A program made the position numbers and the translations under genes. Positions 20,143-28,818 of a stretch of DNA of 41,247 bases are shown piece by piece. How positions within the stretch are numbered: the stretch's first letter is position 1; each line of letters starts with the position of its first letter. This stretch comes from an uncultured Eubacteriales bacterium. Lineage in GTDB: Bacteria; Bacillota; Clostridia; DSM-8532; CAYYEC01. The notes below the pieces were generated by a model, which was not told the DNA's origin, ran no database searches, and was given only the letters and a program-made list of their open reading frames with translations. The DNA is taken from the NCBI GenBank assembly GCA_964470745.1, contig CAYYEC010000001.1:1-41247 (forward strand). The letters run 5' to 3'.

Positions 20143-20179
20143 GTATTTTTTTACCTCCATATTTTATTAATTTGACTCT

Positions 20180-20812
20180 TCAGTTAACTAAATATGCATA
20201 TTCTTCATTGGCATCAAGTTTCCCCAATACTTTTTTTAAATACAGCATTTGGATAAAAATCAATATTTCCAGGGCGAAAAGAATGAAAGTTCCTGCAAGG
20301 AATAGCATCATTAATAATACATCAGAAAAAAAGAACACACACAAAACAATTACAATAAAAACCGGTAACAAAAGCTGCAACTTCATGGACATGCTTACAA
20401 CAACTTCCATCATATTTATCTGATTGCTAACAAATGTATAATATCCGGCGATATACAGAATGAAGGACAATAAAAAAGCAACTATGGCAAGACAGATAAC
20501 ATAATATATGAAATTATATGTTTTTGCTGCTGTAACCATGCCTGAAATATTTAATGCAATAATAATATTAACCAAAAAATATTTCACTAATTTCATGGAA
20601 TTCTTCAGATATTTGAAATATATTTTTATAATGCTGTCGTTGATATCTAATTCCTTATATATGGCATCTTTTCCGAGAAGAAAGGACGCTGCAAGTGCAG
20701 GCATAAGAAGTACGGTGCCTGACAGGCATATTGTCCCGAAGCATAACAGACTGCTAAAGAAGACGATATGGATGGCAGACAGTATCCTATAAAGCATAGA
20801 TTCTCTAATCAT
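20180..20812 (-). CDS. DUF624 (YesL-like) membrane protein
   Basis: 210 aa, multi-TM, in the usual position downstream of sugar ABC permeases. Confidence 0.65.
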   Translation of the reverse strand: MIRESMLYRILSAIHIVFFSSLLCFGTICLSGTVLLMPALAASFLLGKDAIYKELDINDSIIKIYFKYLKNSMKLVKYFLVNIIIALNISGMVTAAKTYNFIYYVICLAIVAFLLSFILYIAGYYTFVSNQINMMEVVVSMSMKLQLLLPVFIVIVLCVFFFSDVLLMMLFLAGTFILFALEILIFIQMLYLKKVLGKLDANEEYAYLVN

Positions 20813-21636
20813 GACTTAATCGCTCCTGACAATCCGTAGAAAATGTATCTTTGTAAAAGTAAAAAGACAATACCAATTGGGATAATTCCCAAAATGATCG
20901 CAGCTGCTACAATTTCAAACGGAGTCGCCGTATTACCAAAGAATTTATAAAGTGCAACGGTAAATGTCTGCACATCCTTTCTTAGGTAAAGGTTTGGAAT
21001 ATAAAAATCATTATAATATCCAATGCCGTTTATGATTAAAAGCGTTGTACAGGCTGGCTTTAACAGCGGTAATATGATGCTGCGGTAAATTCTGAAATAA
21101 TTCGCACCATCCATCAATGCTGATTCATCCAGTTCCTTTGAAATTGATGTCAAAAGATTCAGCATAATATAAATACCTATAATATTTACGCCAGAATAAA
21201 GAATTATCACACTTAGCATTTTATTTACCAGACCCATTCTATAGATGATCTGGAATACAACCGTCTGTGTAGTCACAACAGGTATGAACATTGTTAATGT
21301 AAATAGTATAAGTGTAATTTTTATACCGGTGAACTCAAAGCGATGCAATACATAGGATACCATGGTTGTAAACATAACCTGAATGGAAAGGGAAATACCC
21401 AGGATTATAAACGTATTAAGCAATGCTTTCCCTAAATGGCCTACCTTGATTGCATATTTGAAATTATATAGATTAAGCCAGTTTTTTGGAGGGGCTAGAA
21501 CACTTGTAGATGAATATTCCGCACCGGTCTTAAACGCCATGAAGACAAGCGGAATGATTGGTATGATTACAAAAATACATGCTGCTATCAAGAACACATA
21601 ACGAAGGATTTTGTATAACCTGCTTTCTTTTCTCAT
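20809..21636 (-). CDS. Carbohydrate ABC transporter permease (MalG-like)
   Basis: EAA-type loop (ELDESALMDGANYFRIYRSIILPLLKP); 4-nt overlaps with both neighbours. Confidence 0.9.
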   Translation of the reverse strand: MRKESRLYKILRYVFLIAACIFVIIPIIPLVFMAFKTGAEYSSTSVLAPPKNWLNLYNFKYAIKVGHLGKALLNTFIILGISLSIQVMFTTMVSYVLHRFEFTGIKITLILFTLTMFIPVVTTQTVVFQIIYRMGLVNKMLSVIILYSGVNIIGIYIMLNLLTSISKELDESALMDGANYFRIYRSIILPLLKPACTTLLIINGIGYYNDFYIPNLYLRKDVQTFTVALYKFFGNTATPFEIVAAAIILGIIPIGIVFLLLQRYIFYGLSGAIKS

Positions 21637-22502
21637 TGATAAATATCACTCCTTCTATCAAAGATTTTTTGTAAGCTTACTGCTAATACGACAATAACAA
21701 ATACCATAATGGAGAGGGCTGCGGCAAAACCGACCCTGTTATCAGCAAACGCACTCTGCTGTATCTGTATGACAGGTGTTACGGTTCCATTCGCTCCGTT
21801 CATCATAATATATGGAATTTCAAATACCTGAATCGAACCGGAAATACTTAATAATATATTTATAAATAAAATATGCATTATCGACGGAATTGAAATATAT
21901 CTGATTTCCTGCAATTTTTTACAGCCATCCATTGCGGCGGCTTCAAACAATTCAGTAGGTATTGTCTGCAGCCCGCTAAGAAACATGACAAAATTAAAAC
22001 CATAATATCTCCATATACTAATCGATGCAATGGATGGATTAACAAGATGCAAATTCTGAAGCCATTGCTGTGTCAATTCTTCTAATCCAATTGATCTTAG
22101 TATTAAATTGAATGTACCTGAATTGTTAAAGAAAATAATAAAGATTGTGGATACAATTACACCATTCAGCAAGTATGGAATAATCAGAATCCCTTTAAAA
22201 ACATTCAGCCCACGAAATTTTCCATTTACAAATACTGCTAGGACAAAAGCAAAGACTAATTGTGGTATAGCTACAAGCATATACCATAGACAATTTTTAA
22301 ATATTGCAATATATTGAGGATCTGTAAAAAGCCTTATGTAATTTTTCAATCCAATCCATTGAGGAGTACTTACTCCCTTGTATCTAGTAAAGCTCAAATA
22401 CACATTACTGATAATTGGAATATAGGAGAATACCAACAGTTGAATGATTGGAATTACCAAAAATGCAATTATAATTATCTTACTGCTATTTGTTTTTTTC
22501 AT
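21633..22502 (-). CDS. Carbohydrate ABC transporter permease (MalF-like)
   Basis: EAA loop (ELFEAAAMDGCKKLQEIRYISIPS); 6 TM pattern. Confidence 0.9.
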   Translation of the reverse strand: MKKTNSSKIIIIAFLVIPIIQLLVFSYIPIISNVYLSFTRYKGVSTPQWIGLKNYIRLFTDPQYIAIFKNCLWYMLVAIPQLVFAFVLAVFVNGKFRGLNVFKGILIIPYLLNGVIVSTIFIIFFNNSGTFNLILRSIGLEELTQQWLQNLHLVNPSIASISIWRYYGFNFVMFLSGLQTIPTELFEAAAMDGCKKLQEIRYISIPSIMHILFINILLSISGSIQVFEIPYIMMNGANGTVTPVIQIQQSAFADNRVGFAAALSIMVFVIVVLAVSLQKIFDRRSDIYQ

Positions 22503-22557
22503 ATCTTATCCTCTCCTAAGTTCATCGCATTTAGATACAACTGTTTACTGCTATAGG

Positions 22558-22594
22558 ATAAGATGCCTCTTCCATAAGAGAAGAGGCATCTTAT
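22558..22594 (-). other. Perfect 15-bp intra-operon stem-loop after the binding-protein gene
   Basis: ATAAGATGCCTCTTC-7 nt-GAAGAGGCATCTTAT with no U-tract. It fits a 3'-stabiliser or partial terminator that uncouples SBP and permease levels. Confidence 0.6.
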
Positions 22595-22601
22595 TATAAT
22601 G

Positions 22602-24041
22602 TTAATCTACCCAATCTAATCCGAGTTCTTCCTTATATTCTGCATAAGCCTTATTCTGTACTTCAATCTGTTTCTCATAAGCAGACCAGTCATCCGGCTT
22701 AGTTACATCCAGAGAGTCAAATAACAATCCAACATATTTATAATCAGCCCATAATCCTGCTTCTGTTAATATTTCCTGATTAGCTATCGAATTCTCGGTG
22801 TTAGCCGGCTGCAATAATGCCTTGCATTTACCGGACTCTACGAGATCGTCAATAAGTGAATACAGCTCAGGAACAACCGGATCAACGCCTTTCTTATTTG
22901 CGATAAAACCACTGTTAGCAATAAACTGAGCATCATTTGCAATATATTTGATAAATGCTCTTGCCGCTTCCTTATTCTTGGAGAATTTGCAAATTGCCCA
23001 GTTATCGGCAGGAGCAGCTAATACATATCTGCCTGCACCAAAATTTGGAGCAGGGGCAAATTTGATGATGGAAGGATCCTTTCCATCTGGAACACGACCC
23101 TGAATTTGCGGTACGACCCAAGAACCGAATAACATCATCGCTGCCTTACCATAAGCAACACTGTCCATTGCTACGCCAAAGTCCGTATAAACTTCAGGCT
23201 CAAAATATCCATTTGCCTTCCATTGAGTATACATTTTAATTGTCTTGCCAAACATAGATGCTTCAGAGAAAGGATTTTCTGTTTTCAGGCACTCAACAAA
23301 TACATTGGCGTTACCTGCGACATATCCGGCAAAATCCTGTACCGTAGACAAAGGCCAGTTCTCAACACGGTGTAATGAAATCGGTGTAACACCCATTGCC
23401 TTGATTGATTCACACATCTTGTTGAATGCTTCTAATGTAGCGGGGATTTCATCATATCCTGCCGCTTTAATTACTTCCTCATTGTAAACAACAGCCTGAT
23501 TGTATGCCCTGCCTGGCATAATACTATAGATAATGCCATCAACATTCGGCATTGCCTTGGCATATTCACCGTATTGCTCAATTCCTTCTTCCAATGTACA
23601 ATATGGTTCTGAATACTGTACCCATTCTTCAAGGCTCCAGTTTGGACACGTAAATATGTCTACACTATCATCTTTCACCTGAAATAAAGGCCTTAATTCG
23701 TTTTCATTTGTGACCACATTAAGTTCAACATTAATTCCTGTCTCTTTGGTGAAATCTTCTGCCAAATACTTTAAAAATGCAGTATTTTCTACATCACGAT
23801 ATGTATTTCCTTTCTCATCCTTTTTTTCTTCTCCTAGAACCCTGTTTCCACCGTGGGTATAGACTCTGATTGTTGTACCTTTGAGAGATGACAGGTCTGT
23901 CTCAGGCGTTTCACCTGCAACGTTTCCATTACCTGTTAAATTTGTGCCACTGTCTGTGTTGATTTTTGCACCACAACCGGCCAAAGACAAAACTATTATG
24001 ACTGCAATTAAAATGGCTAAAAACTTTTTAATTTTCATCAT
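22602..24041 (-). CDS. ABC transporter extracellular solute-binding lipoprotein (sugar family 1)
   Basis: Lipobox LSLAGC after the signal peptide; 479 aa. Confidence 0.9.
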   Translation of the reverse strand: MMKIKKFLAILIAVIIVLSLAGCGAKINTDSGTNLTGNGNVAGETPETDLSSLKGTTIRVYTHGGNRVLGEEKKDEKGNTYRDVENTAFLKYLAEDFTKETGINVELNVVTNENELRPLFQVKDDSVDIFTCPNWSLEEWVQYSEPYCTLEEGIEQYGEYAKAMPNVDGIIYSIMPGRAYNQAVVYNEEVIKAAGYDEIPATLEAFNKMCESIKAMGVTPISLHRVENWPLSTVQDFAGYVAGNANVFVECLKTENPFSEASMFGKTIKMYTQWKANGYFEPEVYTDFGVAMDSVAYGKAAMMLFGSWVVPQIQGRVPDGKDPSIIKFAPAPNFGAGRYVLAAPADNWAICKFSKNKEAARAFIKYIANDAQFIANSGFIANKKGVDPVVPELYSLIDDLVESGKCKALLQPANTENSIANQEILTEAGLWADYKYVGLLFDSLDVTKPDDWSAYEKQIEVQNKAYAEYKEELGLDWVD

Positions 24042-24357
24042 ATTCCTCCTTTTTAAACATATTGTTATTAGCTAAAAATATCTTAATTTAATTATATATT
24101 AAATGTAAATTTAGTCATCATCATTTATTGCAATTTATATTTAGTTTTTGATAAAATAGTATATTTTGCAATAAATAAATGAAATAGCAAAGTAAAAACT
24201 GTGTATATTTTATTTTTTAACCATAAAATTAGCTTATTTAATTTGTTATTAGCCTGTGTTTAATCTGTTATTATTTGACTTTTTAATTATAATTTGGTAT
24301 ACTTTGATTTAGTACAATACACTCGTAACATCAATCAGGTATTAGGGAGGGAGAATC

Positions 24358-25254
24358 ATGGATTTCCAGCAGGCTTTTTTAGACGCTTTAGTAAGCAGTA
24401 TATCATTAACAAAAACAATTTCTATAGATGAATATCTTCCGAAATCACTTTTCGTCCCCCCAGAAATTGTAGAGAATCTTTCATATATACAAGCTTATGG
24501 TGCAATTTATGTATTTTATCCATATCATTATGAAGTCTCGGAACTGGATTCTTTTTGCCTAATTTATACGGAAAACGGATCCGGGGTACTTACATTTAAT
24601 AACTGCAGTTATATCCTGAACAAAGGGACAATTGCGTTCATCAACTGCAATCAACACCATAGAATCGAGATAAACCAATCTCCCTGGACTTATAAAGTGT
24701 TTTTTATTTCAGGTTTACCTGTCTCATTTTTTTATTCCAGTTTTGTAGAAGATAACGGTAATCTCCATACTTTTTTACCTGGTACCACAGTTCCGGATAA
24801 AATCGAACTATTATATGATGTTTTATCAAAATCACCTGATAAAACATTAATCCATGTCAGGTATATAAGTGATATCCTTTTTGAACTATTGATGGAAAAA
24901 AGCAGATTATCCGAGATGAACCCCTGTGTACTCGATTATATCTATGAGATAAAATATGATTTAGACTACCATTATATGGATGATATCACATTGGAGCTAC
25001 TTGAACAGAAATACCATATAAGCAAATATCAGATCTGCCGGGAGTTTACAAAGCATTTCCATATCTCTCCTATTCAGTATTTAAACCGGAGAAAGATCGA
25101 GGCTGCAAAGAAAATACTACTTCATACTGATAAAAGAATCAACGAGGTGGGGAGAATGGTCGGTTTCGAAAATCCAAATAATTTAATCCGCCAATTTAAA
25201 AAGAAAACCGGCATCACCCCCTTGGAATACCGCAAGCAGTTGCAGATATTATAA
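24358..25254 (+). CDS. AraC family transcriptional regulator (cupin + 2x HTH)
   Basis: C-terminal ...ISPIQYLNRRKIEAAKKILLHTDKRINEVGRMVGFENPNNLIRQFKKKTGITPLEYRK. Divergent from the ABC operon. Confidence 0.9.
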   Translation: MDFQQAFLDALVSSISLTKTISIDEYLPKSLFVPPEIVENLSYIQAYGAIYVFYPYHYEVSELDSFCLIYTENGSGVLTFNNCSYILNKGTIAFINCNQHHRIEINQSPWTYKVFFISGLPVSFFYSSFVEDNGNLHTFLPGTTVPDKIELLYDVLSKSPDKTLIHVRYISDILFELLMEKSRLSEMNPCVLDYIYEIKYDLDYHYMDDITLELLEQKYHISKYQICREFTKHFHISPIQYLNRRKIEAAKKILLHTDKRINEVGRMVGFENPNNLIRQFKKKTGITPLEYRKQLQIL

Positions 25255-25303
25255 TAGGTAGATAAAGAATGCACTTAACAATGATACGGTTATAATTTCA
25301 TTA

Positions 25304-25627
25304 ATGAATGCAGTAGGAAATTATGGAACACTGGTTATGCCAACTCATAGTGGAGATTGGAGTGACCCTGGTGAATGGGAAAATTCGCCTGTTTCGAGGG
25401 AATTGATACAGACAATATATGATAATATGCCAGTGTTTAGGTCTGAAATTACACCAACACGTGAAATTGGACGTATTGCAGAATTATTCAGAAGATTATT
25501 ATTAGATAATTGTGAACGAGTTTGGAATTGGTTTGATGATTATGAATACAATTCTGGCGATTTTTCATCAATTGGTAAAGATTTTGAGGAAATCTATACT
25601 ATACAAACAGGAAAGGTAAAAAAGTGA
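25304..25627 (+). pseudogene. AAC(3)-family aminoglycoside N-acetyltransferase remnant (N-terminus missing, internal deletion)
   Basis: GTLVMPTHSGDWSDPGEWENSPV...ITPTREIGRIAELFRR matches the central AAC(3) region. It then jumps to C-terminal-like ...SGDFSSIGKDFEE...GKV. Only 107 codons versus about 260. Confidence 0.6.
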
Positions 25628-26080
25628 ATGTTCTCATTGAGGATCATTTTATTTTCCCCAATTATTTTGACCCTTATATAGGTAAAATGGACTTTGAACT
25701 AGTACAGAAAATAATGAAAAATAGAGCCAATAATATAGCTATCTAAAGACCAATCCTTGGATGTATGAGAAGTGCTAGAATAAGCGCTTGGAATCGGTGT
25801 TGTAATAGGCGTACTGTGGGTTTTTTCACATGGCCTTGCCATGGCAGGAGCACATCATACTTCAATTCTTTATGAAGTTCAGAATATGTTCTGGCATATA
25901 ATCAAACAGGGTATTGGAGGTATAATAATTGCAGCAATAATCGGGAAATGCAATAAAGCAGCCAATAAAAATGTGACATAAAATAGCTGCTAGGAGGATA
26001 CCAGCGTCATGTGGAATTTTTTGTCTCCTTAGGGCATGTCGAAATAGTCTGTATGCTGGAGAAAAAGTAATAATAAAAAT

Positions 26081-26118
26081 CCTTGAAAATGGCTAATTAA
26101 AGCTGTTTCAAGGTTTTT
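26081..26118 (+). terminator. Probable rho-independent terminator
   Basis: CCTTGAAA...TTTCAAGG (8-bp stem, 16-nt loop) followed by TTTTTTGTTTTTT. Confidence 0.45.
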
Positions 26119-26299
26119 TGTTTTTTAAAGAGATGTTGATAAATTTAAGGTATTTTGATTGTGAGTGAGGAGTAGAAAAAAGAAGTTCAGTTTTTGCTGA
26201 TAGGGTTTAATTGATTAGCAAAATATATAGCCTTATAGCATAATACCTTATGAAACACATATTGTTACTTATTATTACTAATTATAGCTAAAAAATTAC

Positions 26300-26328
26300 T
26301 TGACAAATTACTTATTATTACTTATAAT
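26300..26328 (+). promoter_or_regulatory. Consensus sigma-A promoter TTGACA-17-TATAAT
   Basis: Hexamers at 26300-26305 and 26323-26328. The spacer holds one copy of the 15-nt direct repeat TTACTTATTATTACT, which also occurs at 26265-26279. Confidence 0.7.
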
Positions 26329-26374
26329 TGTATGTAATGAAGTGGAATCAGAATAATAAGGAGTGAAGGAAAAA

Positions 26375-26830
26375 ATGGATAAATACTATACAGTTGACCA
26401 AATAGCAAAAATACTTAATATACACCCCAAAACGATTCAACGATACATTAGGGAAGGGAAATTAAATGCAACTAAGGTAGGAAAAAGTTGGCGTGTCACT
26501 GGACACGACTTAAGTGTATTTACGGAAGTAACAAATTATATTTCGGGTAGAACTATAACAACGAAAACAGCTGAAGAATCTAGGGAGGATAAAATAAAAA
26601 TATCTGCTGTAGTTGATATTGATATTGATGATATGGATGAAGGAATGCGTATTGTGAATATGCTTACAGCGGTACTCAATGTAAAGCCTCCCGAGTATGG
26701 TAAGTCTACCATGAATGCTCAATTTATAGAATCAGAGCGAAAAGTAAGAGTGATGTTATGGGGTAACATCAAATTTATGGAAAATATGATCAGTAGTTTA
26801 TCAGTTCTGACTGATCAGGAAAAACAGTAG
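26375..26830 (+). CDS. Excisionase/MerR-superfamily HTH (HTH_17-type) protein with uncharacterised C-terminal domain
   Basis: YYTVDQIAKILNIHPKTIQRYIREGKLNATKVGKSWRVTGHDL. ATG at 26375 follows AAGGAG. Confidence 0.7.
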   Translation: MDKYYTVDQIAKILNIHPKTIQRYIREGKLNATKVGKSWRVTGHDLSVFTEVTNYISGRTITTKTAEESREDKIKISAVVDIDIDDMDEGMRIVNMLTAVLNVKPPEYGKSTMNAQFIESERKVRVMLWGNIKFMENMISSLSVLTDQEKQ

Positions 26831-26840
26831 GAGGGTAAGT

Positions 26841-27683
26841 ATGAAGATAAATTCAGTATATAAATCAGAAGAAGGCAAAAAAAAAATTCTTGGACATTAC
26901 AAAAAGTTGCTTGGAAATCTAGACATACCCTATAAAGAAATATATATTGATACATCATTTGGGAAGACATATATGCTTGAAGTAGGAAATGTAAACAGTT
27001 CTGCAATATTCCTATTTCATGGTTCTAGCAGCAATAGTGCAATGTGGTTTGGTGATCTTAAAATTTTAGCAGAACATTATCATGTATTTACAGTAGATAT
27101 CATAGGTCAACCAGGAAATAGCGCAGAAAAGAGGCTTGATACATCAACGGATGCCTATGCAGATTGGATTAAAGAGCTTTTAGATGCACAAAATATTAGA
27201 AAAGCAATGCTGATGGGTAATTCCCTTGGTGGATGGATGTCGCTTAAATTTGCCACAGCCTATCCGGATCGTGTTTCAAAGCTTGTTCTAATTGCAACAT
27301 CGGGTATAACACCAGCTAAGCTCTCTTTTATACTCAAATCAATCTTATATATCATGCAAGGCAAAAGAGGATTGAAAAAACTAAACAAGATGGTTTATGG
27401 AACGGATCACATTCCAGATGAAGTTATTGAAGTCAGTAATATGATTATGGAAAACTTTAATCCTATGATTGGAGCTCTGCCCAATTATAAAGATGATCAA
27501 CTGAAAAGACTCACCATGCCGGTAATGTATATAGCTGGTGAAAATGATGCAACCGTATATGCATGTAAGACTGCGCAAAGAATAGAAGAATTGATTCCTA
27601 ATGCGAACATCCAGCTGATTAAAAACAATGGGCATGTGATATATAACGTAATGAATCAGATCATGCCGTTTCTAAATGAATGA
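26841..27683 (+). CDS. Alpha/beta hydrolase fold protein
   Basis: HG oxyanion motif (FLFHGSSSN), nucleophile elbow GNSLGG, C-terminal NNGHV. Confidence 0.85.
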   Translation: MKINSVYKSEEGKKKILGHYKKLLGNLDIPYKEIYIDTSFGKTYMLEVGNVNSSAIFLFHGSSSNSAMWFGDLKILAEHYHVFTVDIIGQPGNSAEKRLDTSTDAYADWIKELLDAQNIRKAMLMGNSLGGWMSLKFATAYPDRVSKLVLIATSGITPAKLSFILKSILYIMQGKRGLKKLNKMVYGTDHIPDEVIEVSNMIMENFNPMIGALPNYKDDQLKRLTMPVMYIAGENDATVYACKTAQRIEELIPNANIQLIKNNGHVIYNVMNQIMPFLNE

Positions 27684-28066
27684 AAGAAGGAATGAATGTG
27701 GAAATAATCAATAATAATTGTCCTGTTGCAGTAATCAACAAAGATCAAATCATTAATGGGGTGCAGGACATATTGGACATAATCGCTTCTGCACAATACA
27801 ATTATGATTGTACTGGACTTGTTGCTCATAAAGAGAGTTTAGGGGAAGAGTTTTTTGATCTCAAAACAGGATATGCTGGGAAAATACTACAGAAATTTTC
27901 GAATTACAATATGAAGATTGCAATTATCGGCGATTTTAGCGAATATAGAAGTAATAGCCTGCATGAATTTATCTATGAATGTAATAATGGTATCCGTGTT
28001 TTTTTCAAAGATAGTATAGAGAGTGGATTAGCAGCTCATGAATTACCTTTTTCTTGTGTTTTTTAA
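27680..28066 (+). CDS. DUF4180 domain protein
   Basis: ...ESLGEEFFDLKTGYAGKILQKFSNYNMKIAIIGDFSEY.SNSL.EFIYECNNG..VFF matches my recollection of DUF4180. ATGA overlap with the hydrolase gene; the start may instead be GTG at 27698. Confidence 0.6.
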   Translation: MKEGMNVEIINNNCPVAVINKDQIINGVQDILDIIASAQYNYDCTGLVAHKESLGEEFFDLKTGYAGKILQKFSNYNMKIAIIGDFSEYRSNSLHEFIYECNNGIRVFFKDSIESGLAAHELPFSCVF

Positions 28067-28322
28067 ACATGTTGAGCCGATTATCGATGGTCGAATCTCC
28101 TTCGTGACACCAATTCATAAATTCTCGGATGTCTTTTATCGACATTTCGGATTTTTTTAACCAATTAATCATGTATATGGACTCAAAATCATTTTCCTTA
28201 AACATACGATTGCCGTTTTTGTTGCCTTCAACAAAGGGGAACAGATCTTCTTTGGAATAATAACGAAGAGTATGGGGTGACATGTCAAACTTTTTTGATA
28301 TTTCGCTTACTGAATAATACAT
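28005..28322 (-). CDS. MerR family transcriptional regulator
   Basis: YSVSEISKKFDMSPHTLRYYSKEDLFPFVEGNKNGNRMFKENDFESIYMINWLKKSEMSIKDI. Short C-terminus; the 3' end overlaps the DUF4180 gene by 62 nt. Confidence 0.85.
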   Translation of the reverse strand: MYYSVSEISKKFDMSPHTLRYYSKEDLFPFVEGNKNGNRMFKENDFESIYMINWLKKSEMSIKDIREFMNWCHEGDSTIDNRLNMFKKHKKKVIHELLIHSLYYL

Positions 28323-28364
28323 TTTACTTGGCACCTAACCTTATAATTAATTTGTGTTAAAAAC

Positions 28365-28395
28365 TTGACTTAGAGCTGACTCTCAAGTGTATAAT
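28365..28395 (+). promoter_or_regulatory. MerR-type promoter with 19-nt spacer (TTGACT-19-TATAAT) and internal dyad
   Basis: -35 at 28365-28370 and -10 at 28390-28395. ACTTGA...TCAAGT dyad spans the spacer. Divergent from the MerR gene. Confidence 0.65.
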
Positions 28396-28547
28396 GTTGA
28401 TAACATTTTTATTTTCGTATATTTCTAATTTATTACGAGCAATTTTATTATACTATATTTTTTTCGGTTATTCGGGAATAAATTAAATTGTTGGTTTTGC
28501 AGTATGGTTGGAATGATTGTATTTTTTTTAAGCAGGAGGTCTAAAGT

Positions 28548-28790
28548 ATGACTGATAAAATATTTAACAGCAATTTTATTCGAATTTTTGTTGCGGTGTT
28601 TTTAGTACTTACCGGTAATCAGATTATCATGGTTGTCCTCCCTCTTTATTTGGACAGTTTAGGTAAAGACCCGTCCATCCTCGGTATAGCAACATCTTTA
28701 TCTGCCCTGGCTGCCATGTCCGCACGCCCGATGGTTAATGAATTGAAAAATATGGAGATTTCAAAATTGAATATTGTGTATATAAATTGA
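28548..28790 (+). pseudogene. MFS transporter N-terminal fragment (about 2 TM helices only)
   Basis: FIRIFVAVFLVLTGNQIIMVVLPLYLDSLG...GIATSLSALAAMSARP is a typical MFS TM1-TM2. It is truncated at 80 codons. Confidence 0.65.
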
Positions 28791-28818
28791 ATTAATTTTA
28801 TGAAAGGAGTACTGGAAA

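Noticed and set aside
18447-24075. Plus-strand ORFs inside the minus-strand sugar operon (18447-18668, 18524-18787, 19003-19209, 20064-20423, 20508-20792, 21383-21601, 22108-22317, 22314-22556, 23245-23487, 23881-24075) and the minus-strand ORF 19386-19577 nested in an alternative frame of GH130
   Set aside because: They are antisense, or in the case of 19386-19577 an alternative-frame reading, to well-supported LacI, GH130, DUF624, permease and SBP genes. There is no independent support for any of them.
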